From contig JBHLQM010000007.1 in NCBI GenBank assembly GCA_048884785.1, forward strand, positions 9,567-68,146: a DNA stretch of 58,580 nucleotides, written 5' to 3'. The notes under the pieces are model-generated. The model did not search any database. It saw nothing but the letters and a program-made list of their open reading frames with translations, and was not told the DNA's origin. Origin of the DNA: Candidatus Thorarchaeota archaeon (lineage in GTDB: Archaea > Asgardarchaeota > Thorarchaeia > Thorarchaeales > Thorarchaeaceae). The position numbers were made by a program, and so were the translations under genes. Below, piece by piece: positions 9,767 through 19,704 of this stretch (the stretch's first letter is position 1; every line of letters begins with the position of its first letter).

Positions 9767-10026
9767 TAGTTGCATACTCGCTAAGATTTCAATCTTGTCG
9801 ACTCAACATGTTCTAGTTCCACTTCTTCATCATCAGCGGTCAATCAGATTGGTCAAACCTGAGTTATGTTCTCGTATTTCAGGCTTTTAGTACATTATCT
9901 TGATGAATGGCTATTCTACTGTATTTTGCAGAAAAATCGGCCTACAGAAAACTTCATCACAAAAGATGCAACATACTACCGTTTGGGAAACACGGATGTA
10001 AATAAGCGAAACATGGATGTGAATAT

Positions 10027-11508
10027 GTGAAGCCTCTTGGTACTATTACCAAGTACTATCCGTTCATAGAGGAAAAACTCCAGAGGACTCTGAATCGATT
10101 AATGGATGAATCTGAGTGTTATTTTGAATTTGCTCAAAAACTGGCGAAGTATGTAATGGAGAATGATGTTGATGTTCATCTTGCATATCTTGCAACGAGA
10201 CTAATTTGGTGGACGCAAGTTCCAGATCTGATAGAATCTATCGCACTGAAATATCATGATTATGAACCGATACAGGCTTGGAAGTACCCACTTAGAGGCG
10301 CAATCACTGATCAGGTTAACTACGAAATGGAGTTTCAAAAGACACTAATTAAAGCCATAGAGCAATGTACAGACGATTGGATACGAGTTGAACTTTACCT
10401 ATTAGATGCTGTCTTCAAGATTCCTTTTTCCGTTCCTGATGTTGTGAAGTCATTGGATGCGGCAAGCCTCCTAATTGAAGACAACGAGAGGCTCGAATGT
10501 TTTAGTTCTTGGTTTGATGTCATTGAGGGAGTAACCAAAAAAAGAGAAATGACCTTGGACGAAACATGGAATCTTTTAGAGAGAGGAAGAAAAGCTGCAA
10601 AAATGTACAATGATGATATTGTCAGATACGAAAGTCTCCTGTATCAAGCCTCGATTAGGCGCGATGTGGATATCCAATCATCTCTGGATCTATACGAGCA
10701 GGCATATAGTTTAGCAACTGCCTTGGAGATTCCATTCTTCATATCAGAGGTAATGAGTGATTGCTCTGTTTCCTATGAGTTATCAGGTGAATTCGATTTG
10801 GCCGTAGCGAGCGCTTCTGAAGCTGTGAATGAATCTCATGGGATTCATCCGAATACACCGCTACTAATTCTAGCCCGCATATATTCGCGACTAGGAATGG
10901 GCGAAAAAGCTCTTGAGAGCATTAACAGTATCGACGAAACTCTAGATGAAACTAGTATTCATGTCTATCACCTAAGAAAGGCTCGCGCACTTCTTTTACT
11001 AAACAGGCTTGACGACGCCGAACACCATCTAGAATTTGCCTATCCTTTGGTTCTAAGAACTGACTGGGAAATGCGCCTAAGCGAATACTACCATGTGACT
11101 GGTCTTCTGGAATATGCGAGAGGAGAACTACATAATTCGTTGAACATGCTTCAGAAATCACTCGAGATTCTTGAACGTCGAAACCACCCTCTTTCGAAAA
11201 TACCAATCCTTAGAGATCTAGCCAACGTCGAACTTTCAATAGGTCTAGAATCAAAGGACTCTGAAGGCGCAATTGTCCCTGGTCAATGGATGACCTGCCT
11301 TGAGAACTTGATAAACAACCACACTTTACCGGGACTCAAAATGGAATTCGCACTTCTTAAGTCCGACTTTTATCTCAATTCAGGACATATTCAAGATGCT
11401 CGTCAGATTCTTGTAGATGCATTGAATCTCTCTGACTCAGATGCGTTCAGGACCCTACGATTTGAATTGAAAAAGAGGTTACACGCTATAGATTTGCTAT
11501 GGATATAG
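10027..11508 (+). CDS. TPR-repeat protein
   Basis: Repeating helical pairs (e.g. 'LARIYSRLGMGEKALE', 'GLLEYARGELHNSLNMLQKSLEI'). Confidence 0.75.
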   Translation: MKPLGTITKYYPFIEEKLQRTLNRLMDESECYFEFAQKLAKYVMENDVDVHLAYLATRLIWWTQVPDLIESIALKYHDYEPIQAWKYPLRGAITDQVNYEMEFQKTLIKAIEQCTDDWIRVELYLLDAVFKIPFSVPDVVKSLDAASLLIEDNERLECFSSWFDVIEGVTKKREMTLDETWNLLERGRKAAKMYNDDIVRYESLLYQASIRRDVDIQSSLDLYEQAYSLATALEIPFFISEVMSDCSVSYELSGEFDLAVASASEAVNESHGIHPNTPLLILARIYSRLGMGEKALESINSIDETLDETSIHVYHLRKARALLLLNRLDDAEHHLEFAYPLVLRTDWEMRLSEYYHVTGLLEYARGELHNSLNMLQKSLEILERRNHPLSKIPILRDLANVELSIGLESKDSEGAIVPGQWMTCLENLINNHTLPGLKMEFALLKSDFYLNSGHIQDARQILVDALNLSDSDAFRTLRFELKKRLHAIDLLWI

Positions 11509-11650
11509 GAATCATGAGATTAAGTATTCTTACCATTGATCACTCTTCTGACAATCACAGATACCTCTAGCATCTAAGGTACCTTTTTATTCCGCGACAA
11601 CCGGTTGGATTTCGGGATCAAATCATTAGAACTTCTCCGGGTGTCTACCT

Positions 11651-13042
11651 ATGGAAAAAGATTCTGAAATGGGAAATGTGACTCTTTTTGTCGTACTTGC
11701 TGCAGTCGCGGTGATTATTCTCTTTGAAGTATCGACATATAGCTATCTTTTGTTCCATTCAGCAGTCGAGCTTTTCTCAATTATCATAGCAATGTCTGTT
11801 TTTGTCATTGGATTGAATGCGGATAGGTTCTCTCACAATGAAATTTTTAGAGCACTTGGAATAGGCTACTTGTTTGTTGGAATTTTGGATACACTCCATT
11901 TGCTTGCCTTTAAGGGAATGGGGGTGTTTCCTGGTTTTGATGCCAACCTTCCGACGCAATTGTGGTTAGCCGCAAGAATCCTAGAGTGTTCAAACTTTCT
12001 TCTGGCACCGCTCATATACAAACGAAGTTCTCCACGATGGGCTATTTTCTCAGGAAATCTAATTTACAGTATTACGTTGACAGGATTGATATTCTCAGGA
12101 TATTTTCCTGTTGCGTATATTGAAGGAGTGGGGCTTACCCTATTCAAAGTGGGAACGGAATATGTCCTTATTGTATTGTTATTGGTTGCAATGGTTGCTT
12201 TTACAAGATACGATTTGGGGCTTGAAAAAAGACTAGTACGCCTTATCACATATGCACTCATTTCAACTGCCCTTGCTGAGATTTCTTTCACTCTTTATGT
12301 CGATGTTTACGGGATTATGAACATGATTGGACATTATCTTAAGCTGATATCCTTCTACTTCATCTATAGGGCAATGGTTGTTGGTCCTCTCTTTACTCCA
12401 TATGAGGTTATGTTTAGAAAAATCAAAAGAGATGAAGAAGCGCTAAGAATTGCCAATAAAACAATGAGGCACGATATTATCAACGAACTAGCAATTATTC
12501 AGACCTCACTCGAACTCTATTCTGAAATGGGAGATGACTCAGTTCTGAAAGAAGCAAATGAAGCGACAAAGAGAGGTATCAACCTGATACAATCAATTAA
12601 AACCTTGGAGAATTCGGACAACCGGGCACTTGATGCGAATTTCCTAAGAATTCATGATATGCTTTTGACATCAGCCCAAGATTCCAAATTGAAGGTGTCC
12701 ATTGAAGGCTCAAGTGAATGTCTAGCTAGTGATGCAATGTCATCTGTATTTCACAATATCATCCAAAATGCTGAACAGCACAGTAATTCAGATAGAATAG
12801 AGATTTCTCTAAAGGACGAGAAGGGCTTCTGCATCATAAGCTTCAGAGATTTCGGCAATGGAATTCCTGAAGACTTACACGAAAAGATATTCGAAGAGGG
12901 ATTTACCTACGGAGAAAATGCAGGAACTGGTATGGGTCTCTTTCTTGCTAGAAGAATAGTAGATAGATATAATGGGACGATTAAGTGTCTTAGCGGGTTT
13001 CCAAACGGATCCGTCTTTGAAGTAAGATTGCCTGCTCCTTAG
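11651..13042 (+). CDS. Sensor histidine kinase with MASE3 membrane domain
   Basis: MASE3 motifs (LLFHSAVELFS, DTLH.LAFKGM, NLPTQLW); H-box RHDIINEL, N-box NIIQNA, G1 DFGNGI, G2 GTGMGL. Confidence 0.9.
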   Translation: MEKDSEMGNVTLFVVLAAVAVIILFEVSTYSYLLFHSAVELFSIIIAMSVFVIGLNADRFSHNEIFRALGIGYLFVGILDTLHLLAFKGMGVFPGFDANLPTQLWLAARILECSNFLLAPLIYKRSSPRWAIFSGNLIYSITLTGLIFSGYFPVAYIEGVGLTLFKVGTEYVLIVLLLVAMVAFTRYDLGLEKRLVRLITYALISTALAEISFTLYVDVYGIMNMIGHYLKLISFYFIYRAMVVGPLFTPYEVMFRKIKRDEEALRIANKTMRHDIINELAIIQTSLELYSEMGDDSVLKEANEATKRGINLIQSIKTLENSDNRALDANFLRIHDMLLTSAQDSKLKVSIEGSSECLASDAMSSVFHNIIQNAEQHSNSDRIEISLKDEKGFCIISFRDFGNGIPEDLHEKIFEEGFTYGENAGTGMGLFLARRIVDRYNGTIKCLSGFPNGSVFEVRLPAP

Positions 13043-13128
13043 AAACACCATCTGCATTTGCTTTCCTCTTTTTCAAGTGAGCATAGGTACAGTGAAATAG
13101 CATTATGTATAACCACCAGCTGATTGCA

Positions 13129-13608
13129 ATGTCAGATACAGAGTACTCGAATGACAAGAAAGTTCGGAAGGTCAACTCAGATTTAGAGAAGTTCAGGATT
13201 GATCTTCATAAGGCTGAATCTGAATTATCTGGAATTGATACACGCTTAGATGGCGAGATCGAGAGGCTCCGTGGTGACGCCAAGTCAAAGAAGGATTCAT
13301 TTGAAACACACCGAAGAAGAACGCAAGAGCTGGAAAAAGAGTGGCGGGCTGCTGATAGAATTTTCAAGAAAGCTCAAGGTGGCAAGAATAAGGAAATATC
13401 AGCGGCCAGAAAAAGAGTCGACACTCTTCGGAAAAGAATATCCAACGCAGAGAAGACCAAGGAGAAACGTATCAAAGAGATTGAAAAGAGCAAGCAGAAA
13501 CAAGTGGACAAGGTAAAGAAAGAGAAAGCTAAAGAGATGGATCACATCAAAGAAACAGAAATTGAGCGCGTTGAAGAGGAGAAGAAACGAGAACTAGGAA
13601 TGAGTTAG
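13129..13608 (+). CDS. Highly charged coiled-coil protein
   Basis: K/E/R-rich helical ORF; probable ATG 13129. Confidence 0.7.
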   Translation: MSDTEYSNDKKVRKVNSDLEKFRIDLHKAESELSGIDTRLDGEIERLRGDAKSKKDSFETHRRRTQELEKEWRAADRIFKKAQGGKNKEISAARKRVDTLRKRISNAEKTKEKRIKEIEKSKQKQVDKVKKEKAKEMDHIKETEIERVEEEKKRELGMS

Positions 13609-13623
13609 GTTTTCAACTGGGAG

Positions 13624-14616
13624 ATGGGAAAGGTGAATGCGTACTTCATGATTGTGCTAGTTTCAATATTGCTTTTCTTTGTAGTGTGGCTATTCGGTCT
13701 ACTCCTTGAGAAGCTTTCACATGCTTCACTTAATGTCACAAGAAAGCCAGGGTCTCGCGCATGGTATGTTCTTGTCGGACCAGGAGTTGCGCTTCATGAA
13801 TCATCTCACGCCTTGGGGTGTGTTCTTACTAGAACTGAAATTGTGGAATTCAAACCAATCAATGTGTCAGTTCAAGGCGATCAGGTATTGCTTGGATATG
13901 TAAAGTATGTTAACCCTCCAAGTACGTTGAAGCGGACTATAATCAACCTTGCACCTGTTGGTATTTCACTTATCCTTCTGACTTTTTTTGCATTAGGGGC
14001 TACATACTTGATTCCTGATACTCATTTGGGAGGAGAGGCAATCGCTCTTCTTCAGAATCTCATTGGCCTAAAGAATGATCCAATTGTGTTGGCAGATATG
14101 TACGGACCCCTAAATATGATCGGTTCCTTTGTATTCGATTTCTTTTACACGTTTGCAGGTTTGACAGTTATCAATCCGCTTTTTTGGATAGTTGCTTTTC
14201 TTGCTATGACAATTATGTTCAGTAGTGCCCCCTCTGATGTAGATATCAAGAATGCACTTCCCGGACTAAAATTCCTATTATTGTTTGAAATGATTTGGCT
14301 TGTACTTGCTGCGGTGTATCCGCCTATCGGCTGGCTGCTACCAGGAGTATTCGAGCTCGCTGCAGTAATGTTTGCACTAGCCCTCGGATTCACAGCGATA
14401 GCCTATGGATTCTTCATCATGATAACAGCAATGGGCATGTTGAAAACGCCGTTCAATTTTATTCCGTTTATTGCTACTTTGCTAACTGGCTATGTACTTG
14501 CCACTTACTATCCACTAATGTTCTCTCTTGCTATGCAGACGATCATTTCTGTGGCAGTGTTTGTAGCGGTGGCTGTTCCATTACTACTAGCTAAGTCACT
14601 AAGATCTGAATCGTAA
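13624..14616 (+). CDS. Membrane-embedded HExxH metalloprotease-like protein (M50-like/zincin)
   Basis: 'PGVALHESSHA', 'LGYV', 'INLAP', 'APSDVD'; multiple TM helices. Confidence 0.7.
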   Translation: MGKVNAYFMIVLVSILLFFVVWLFGLLLEKLSHASLNVTRKPGSRAWYVLVGPGVALHESSHALGCVLTRTEIVEFKPINVSVQGDQVLLGYVKYVNPPSTLKRTIINLAPVGISLILLTFFALGATYLIPDTHLGGEAIALLQNLIGLKNDPIVLADMYGPLNMIGSFVFDFFYTFAGLTVINPLFWIVAFLAMTIMFSSAPSDVDIKNALPGLKFLLLFEMIWLVLAAVYPPIGWLLPGVFELAAVMFALALGFTAIAYGFFIMITAMGMLKTPFNFIPFIATLLTGYVLATYYPLMFSLAMQTIISVAVFVAVAVPLLLAKSLRSES

Positions 14617-14665
14617 TACTGGGTATGATAAAGGCAGTATCCCTCATACTCAATGGTTACGAAGA

Positions 14666-15013
14666 ATGGCAAAGATAGACTTGGTTCGGCGTCCATCTCT
14701 AATAAGTCCCCGTCATTTACTCAGATACATCTTTTTTACTGAAATGCAGGTAGAACAAGCGGCGAAAATCCTCAATGAAATAATAGCCAGCAATGGGAAT
14801 ATATCGGATTCCGAGTGGGAGCGTTTTGTACTCAGCAGTAGAGGACTATATGTCAAAGTTATGCGGAAACTTAGAGACGTAGGATTAATCGAAAAAAGAA
14901 AAGGTGAATTCTCTATTGCTAATGATTTTTCTTCATCACTAAATAAGCTCAGCAGTTATTGGGCTGCAATAAAGGAATCTTTTGATGAAGGGGACAGGAG
15001 CATATCATTCTAG
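14666..15013 (+). CDS. Hypothetical winged-helix-like protein
   Basis: 'SRGLYVKVMRKLRDVGLIEKRKGEF' recognition-helix/wing pattern. Confidence 0.65.
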   Translation: MAKIDLVRRPSLISPRHLLRYIFFTEMQVEQAAKILNEIIASNGNISDSEWERFVLSSRGLYVKVMRKLRDVGLIEKRKGEFSIANDFSSSLNKLSSYWAAIKESFDEGDRSISF

Positions 15014-15015
15014 AA

Positions 15016-16599
15016 TCAATCTAGTTTGACTTCACCTTCCTTGATCTCAATCTCCTTTAGTGTTGAGACTGCAAGGTCGCCTTCCAACTTGATAACTCCG
15101 AGTTTTGACAATTCTCTTGCATGCTTTTGTGCCAGTCCAGCTGGAATTCCAAGAGCTTTGCCGAGGTCAGCGAATGACATCTTGCCCACTTCATCAACAA
15201 GTAGAAGAACTTTGGTATTGGCTTCGAGGCCTAGAACTGTGATATAGCGTTTGGTGCGTTCATCTGCAAGGTCTCTCATCTCTAATGCCATATCTCGCTC
15301 TTTCTCCATGAGACGTGTTGCCTTTTCATATGCTTCTCGCTGCATTTCTACAATAGGAATTTTCTCATTTGCTTCTTTGAGTTCCTGTTCCAAATCATAG
15401 ATCTTTTGCTCAAATTCCTTAATCTCATTGATTTTGTCTTGAACTGCTTCAATCTCTTTCAGGCGCTTAACTGAGAGCTCTTCTGCAGTATCCTTTTCCT
15501 TTGTTTTTTCTGCGAGCTCGCGTTCTAGTGTCTTAATCGTCTTTGCATTCGTTTCTGATTCCTGACGTCTTTCAGCTAGTGTCTTTTCGAGCAAATCGAC
15601 TTTTGATTTCAAGGCCTTTAATTCAGCCTCATTCGCAGGGGCAGGGGCTTTCTTGTGCGACTCCGCCTTTTTATAGACTTCAAGCTCTGTCTTGATTTCC
15701 GCTGTTTGAATCCGTTGCTCCTCAAGCTCCGATTTCACGTCATCTCGCTCTTTGGTTCGTTCCTCTATTACTGCATCCTTTCTGAATAGATTCTCTCTCA
15801 TCTCAGAGATTTCCGATTCAAGGTCAGCTATTCTTCGGTTAAGCTCTTCTCTGGCGACATCCTGAGACCTTGCTTCATTTATCTGGGCGTGAAGGGACTG
15901 CATTTTTTCCTGAAGATCTCGAATTTCCTTGTCCTTCTCCGTTAGTACATCGCCTGATGCAAGTGCATCTTCTTCAAGGCTTTGCATAAAGGATCTCACC
16001 ACATCTTGTTGCTGAATGATGGTGGCTCGAAGATTGGTTTCAGTTTCTCGAACTCTGGTTGCGAAGTCCTTGAATTTTTCTTGAGTTTCGTCAACTATTC
16101 TATCAACCAACTCTTTCTCTAGAGATGCAAATTCACCGTCTACTATGTCAACGAATGTCGTTTCGATGACTCCCTTGAACATGGGCATGCGCAGTTTCTC
16201 AACCATCTCATCGGAGATGATTGTCTTTAGATCGACGACCTTCCCTCTGAATGTAAGCAGCTGAGCCGCAAAGATCCCAACAACCGTTCGCTGCAGCGCA
16301 GTAATATCACTGCGCATAGATTCGAGCTTTTTAAGAAGCGCATCAAAATTCGCAACCGCCTCTGTTCCTTGAGTAATTTTCGCCGCTCTGCCTTCAGTTG
16401 AATCAAGACCTTCGACGAATTCAAGTGCAGTAGCTGCGGCCGAGATTAAATCATCCCCACTTTTAATAGGAATAGATGTATCTCCAAATTCATCTTCTCC
16501 CTCTGCCATCTTTTGAATGTTTAAATCAGTGAGCGCAGATTCTTTCAAAGCCTTCTGCATATCGGCTTTGTCTTTTTCAGTCAATTTCTCATCTGGCAT
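15016..16599 (-). CDS. Long coiled-coil protein with C-terminal winged helix
   Basis: E/K-rich heptad region over most of its length; C-terminal 'GKMSFADLGKALGIPAGLAQKHARELSKLGVI' HTH. Confidence 0.8.
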   Translation of the reverse strand: MPDEKLTEKDKADMQKALKESALTDLNIQKMAEGEDEFGDTSIPIKSGDDLISAAATALEFVEGLDSTEGRAAKITQGTEAVANFDALLKKLESMRSDITALQRTVVGIFAAQLLTFRGKVVDLKTIISDEMVEKLRMPMFKGVIETTFVDIVDGEFASLEKELVDRIVDETQEKFKDFATRVRETETNLRATIIQQQDVVRSFMQSLEEDALASGDVLTEKDKEIRDLQEKMQSLHAQINEARSQDVAREELNRRIADLESEISEMRENLFRKDAVIEERTKERDDVKSELEEQRIQTAEIKTELEVYKKAESHKKAPAPANEAELKALKSKVDLLEKTLAERRQESETNAKTIKTLERELAEKTKEKDTAEELSVKRLKEIEAVQDKINEIKEFEQKIYDLEQELKEANEKIPIVEMQREAYEKATRLMEKERDMALEMRDLADERTKRYITVLGLEANTKVLLLVDEVGKMSFADLGKALGIPAGLAQKHARELSKLGVIKLEGDLAVSTLKEIEIKEGEVKLD

Positions 16600-16803
16600 G
16601 GGATTCCCTCAAGGAGCAAGCTACGCAGCTATGATGCGTGTCTCGTGTATAAGGTTTCCTAGAGTATGCTCTTCAATGTTTTTACTGGTGAAAAAATGAT
16701 TCAAATAGGCACCTAGCCTGTTTCATATCATTCCGCTCCAAGACCAGAGTGTATGCCAACAACTCGGTAAGGTCATATTGGTCAAATGGTATCGTGTTGC
16801 CTA

Positions 16804-18024
16804 ATGACCACCAGTAAGAAAATCCTTCAAGACAAGAATATTGGCGTAGTTGGATTTAATGCTCGCCCATTAGCATGCTCTGCGTACAAAGCGGGTGGGA
16901 ATGCATATGTTTCAGATTACTGGGGGGATTCGGATCTAAATCAGTGCTCTAAAGATTGGGTTGCGGTTCTCAGTTCTGTTCCAGGAAGTCGACAGAGAGG
17001 CACACTGGAATCACCTGTGTATATTACTCTGGCCAAGAATTTCCTAGAAGTATTCTCAGAAACCAGATTTGATTTCATTTTGATTGGAAGTGGATTTGAT
17101 GACCATTCGGAATCGCTGGCAAGGATTGAGGGGATGTTTGGAATAACCGGAAATTCAGTAGAGCAAATGAAATTGGCTAGGAATCGAAGTAAACTCAGGA
17201 CGCTGGCGAATAGATACAAAATCGGAATGCCTCAAGAATCTCTTGTTGAAGACAAGGATGATGCAATAAAATCTGCAGATGATATTGGCTATCCCTGTGT
17301 TGTTCGACCAATCACTTCTGGAGGCGGGGCTGGCATAAGAGTACTACCCAATTCCAATGCCCTTGAAAGATATTATGCGGCTCTTGAAGATACTGGGAAA
17401 ATTGGTGCTCGAATTATTCAAGAGTATGTGCCGGGCTGGGATGTAAGTGCAAGCGTTCTCGGAGCTAGAAAAGAAGCTATGACACTATCAGTGCAGGGAC
17501 AGCTTATTGGGCTTCCTTCAACAGGCAGAAACTGTGATTTTGCCTATGGCGGCAACTACTACCCCCCTAGAATCAGCGAAAATACTAATGAGAGGATACG
17601 ACATGTTTCAGAAGCCATCATCAAATCAATTGGGCTCATTGGTTCAAATGGTATCGATTATGTAGTTGATAAAAAGGGAGACATATGGCTCTTTGAAGTC
17701 AATCCACGTTTTCAAGGGTCATTGGAAATGCTTGAGCATGCAGGAAATATCTCCATATCTGAGCTACACGTGAATGCATGTAATGGAGAATTGCCAAATG
17801 AAGCTCCGAAATTCAAACCAATAGTGAAGATGATAGTCTATGCAGTAAAGGATGGAATTGTTCCGGATCTGTCTATTTTTCCAAATTCGGTTGATAGGTC
17901 TCCAGCAGGTGTTGGCGTTCAGAAGGGAGATCCCATATGTTCGGTTATTGAGATTGGACATAACCTACGAGATGCCTATACTAAGGCAAAATACTGTTTT
18001 GATGCAATACAAAAAGGCCTCTGA
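16804..18024 (+). CDS. ATP-grasp carboxylate-amine ligase (COG2232-like)
   Basis: 'DYWGDSDL', 'SGGGAGI', 'IIQEYVPG', 'GIDY', 'EVNPRFQGS'. Confidence 0.8.
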   Translation: MTTSKKILQDKNIGVVGFNARPLACSAYKAGGNAYVSDYWGDSDLNQCSKDWVAVLSSVPGSRQRGTLESPVYITLAKNFLEVFSETRFDFILIGSGFDDHSESLARIEGMFGITGNSVEQMKLARNRSKLRTLANRYKIGMPQESLVEDKDDAIKSADDIGYPCVVRPITSGGGAGIRVLPNSNALERYYAALEDTGKIGARIIQEYVPGWDVSASVLGARKEAMTLSVQGQLIGLPSTGRNCDFAYGGNYYPPRISENTNERIRHVSEAIIKSIGLIGSNGIDYVVDKKGDIWLFEVNPRFQGSLEMLEHAGNISISELHVNACNGELPNEAPKFKPIVKMIVYAVKDGIVPDLSIFPNSVDRSPAGVGVQKGDPICSVIEIGHNLRDAYTKAKYCFDAIQKGL

Positions 18025-18059
18025 GAGTGGTTAGATAGGTTAACTCTCTTACCACTCTC
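18023..18059. terminator. Hairpin between convergent genes
   Basis: GAGAGTGGT (18023-18031) / ACCACTCTC (18051-18059), with further imperfect inner pairing. Confidence 0.5.
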
Positions 18060-18081
18060 TCAAGCCATTCCAGCCACCTAT

Positions 18082-19518
18082 TCACTCATCTTCAGGGATT
18101 CCAGAGAGATACCTAGCAATCTTTTTCCGCTGTTCTAAATCATAACCCTTCAAAATAGCCACATCTTCCATCTGTGGACTTCCTCCTCCATGAAGTCCGG
18201 CTACTGCAATCACTCCTCCAATTGAAGAACAGAGCATGTCGGAAAGTGTGCGGTATACTTTGTAGACATTTTCCGCAGAAACGTCTTCTTTCCGTTTGAT
18301 ATACTTTTGAAGCAGTGGTCCTATCTTCTCGTCAAAGAAATCTTCTTCGTGAGGAAGTGTGGCCGGGAGTCCTCCTGCAAGGTCAGAAAGTATCTCGAGC
18401 TCGTGATAGTAATTCTTGCCTGCATGCTTTCTTCCAACGTTGCAGAAAACGGCATCAGGCACCATAGTACCAGAGGGGTCTTTTGTTCCCTTGTATGCCG
18501 CGGCGATGCCTGCTGCATAGACCAATTCACTAACGCTGATCAATTCAGCGAGCTTGGTTTGTACATGTTTTTTATCCTCGATCCCATTGTATTCACTAAC
18601 TAGGGCGCTGAAGCCAAGAATGATTTCAGAGCTCGCAGGTTTGCATCCAGTATAGCTGTGTCGATGATAAAGAGCAAACAGCAATGCAGCCCACCCGCCA
18701 AAGACATGCTCGCCTTCATATCCCCCGAGAAAAACGCGTTCATTTGGAATGAAAACATCATCAAAAATTATGAAGTTCTCTACATCTCCTACCTCGCCCA
18801 TTGGACATGAGAATTTCTCGCGCTTGAAGTTCGAGGCTCTCGTGACCAGCTGCACTCCATCCCAATCACCAGGCACAGCAAATGCCACGGAATACTGATC
18901 TTCCTTCTCGGTTAGCATCCTCGTCGGAGTAACAATGATTTCTTCTGCCACTGCGGCTGCAGTGATATGATTCTTTGCTCCTCTGACAACAATACCATCG
19001 TCTCTATGTTCTATCACACGTAGGTAGAGATCTGGGTCAGCTTGTTCATGCGGTCGGAGTGAACGGTCACCCTTAACATCAGTCTGTGCGCAACATCCAA
19101 TAATATCATTCTCTTGCCAGTAGTTGAGATACTTCTGAAATCTCTGATTATATGGGCGACCTGTCATTGATTCGGCTCGATGTGTAATTATCGACAGAGA
19201 GTTCATAGCATCAATACCCATACATCTGAAAATGCAACCCCCACTCTCTCTGCATAATTTTCTAGTGAGTTCTTGCTTTTTCAGAAGGTCATCAACACTC
19301 TGGTGAATGTGGGTGAAACGGTTTATCGTTCCATGAGATTCTGACTGGACAGAGAGCAAATCCTTGAACTCAGGTTTGTTTACATTATCTAGTGTCAAAG
19401 CGATTACTTTGGCAACGCCCTGCAATCTAGTATCGTCACGCGTGACATTCTGGCCATTCATTATCACATTAGGTTTCATTTTATACAATTTCGATAGATA
19501 TTCTTCTCCGGTCTTCAT
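18082..19518 (-). CDS. 4-hydroxybutyryl-CoA dehydratase / HpaB-family flavoprotein (AbfD-like)
   Basis: 'CIFRCMG.D', 'AQTDVKGDR', 'GAKNHIT', 'HRHSYTGCK' (3Cys+His Fe-S ligand pattern), 'HGGGSP'. Confidence 0.82.
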   Translation of the reverse strand: MKTGEEYLSKLYKMKPNVIMNGQNVTRDDTRLQGVAKVIALTLDNVNKPEFKDLLSVQSESHGTINRFTHIHQSVDDLLKKQELTRKLCRESGGCIFRCMGIDAMNSLSIITHRAESMTGRPYNQRFQKYLNYWQENDIIGCCAQTDVKGDRSLRPHEQADPDLYLRVIEHRDDGIVVRGAKNHITAAAVAEEIIVTPTRMLTEKEDQYSVAFAVPGDWDGVQLVTRASNFKREKFSCPMGEVGDVENFIIFDDVFIPNERVFLGGYEGEHVFGGWAALLFALYHRHSYTGCKPASSEIILGFSALVSEYNGIEDKKHVQTKLAELISVSELVYAAGIAAAYKGTKDPSGTMVPDAVFCNVGRKHAGKNYYHELEILSDLAGGLPATLPHEEDFFDEKIGPLLQKYIKRKEDVSAENVYKVYRTLSDMLCSSIGGVIAVAGLHGGGSPQMEDVAILKGYDLEQRKKIARYLSGIPEDE

Positions 19519-19704
19519 AATAAAACACTGCAGCACATTGTTTGTAGCAATACTTAAGCAAAGCGGAATTCAACCGAAGCATAGATAATTTCATTTTTGA
19601 TGATTCAAATTACTTCTCTTATTGGACTAATCAGAGTGGAGTGCAAACCTATATCTGGAAATACGTCAAACGATATACATCCTGTGCCTGAGGGTGAAAG
19701 ACTA

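Noticed and set aside
9781-9843. 20-codon minus-strand frame (LTADDEEVELEHVESTRLKS)
   Set aside because: Too short, with no supporting evidence.
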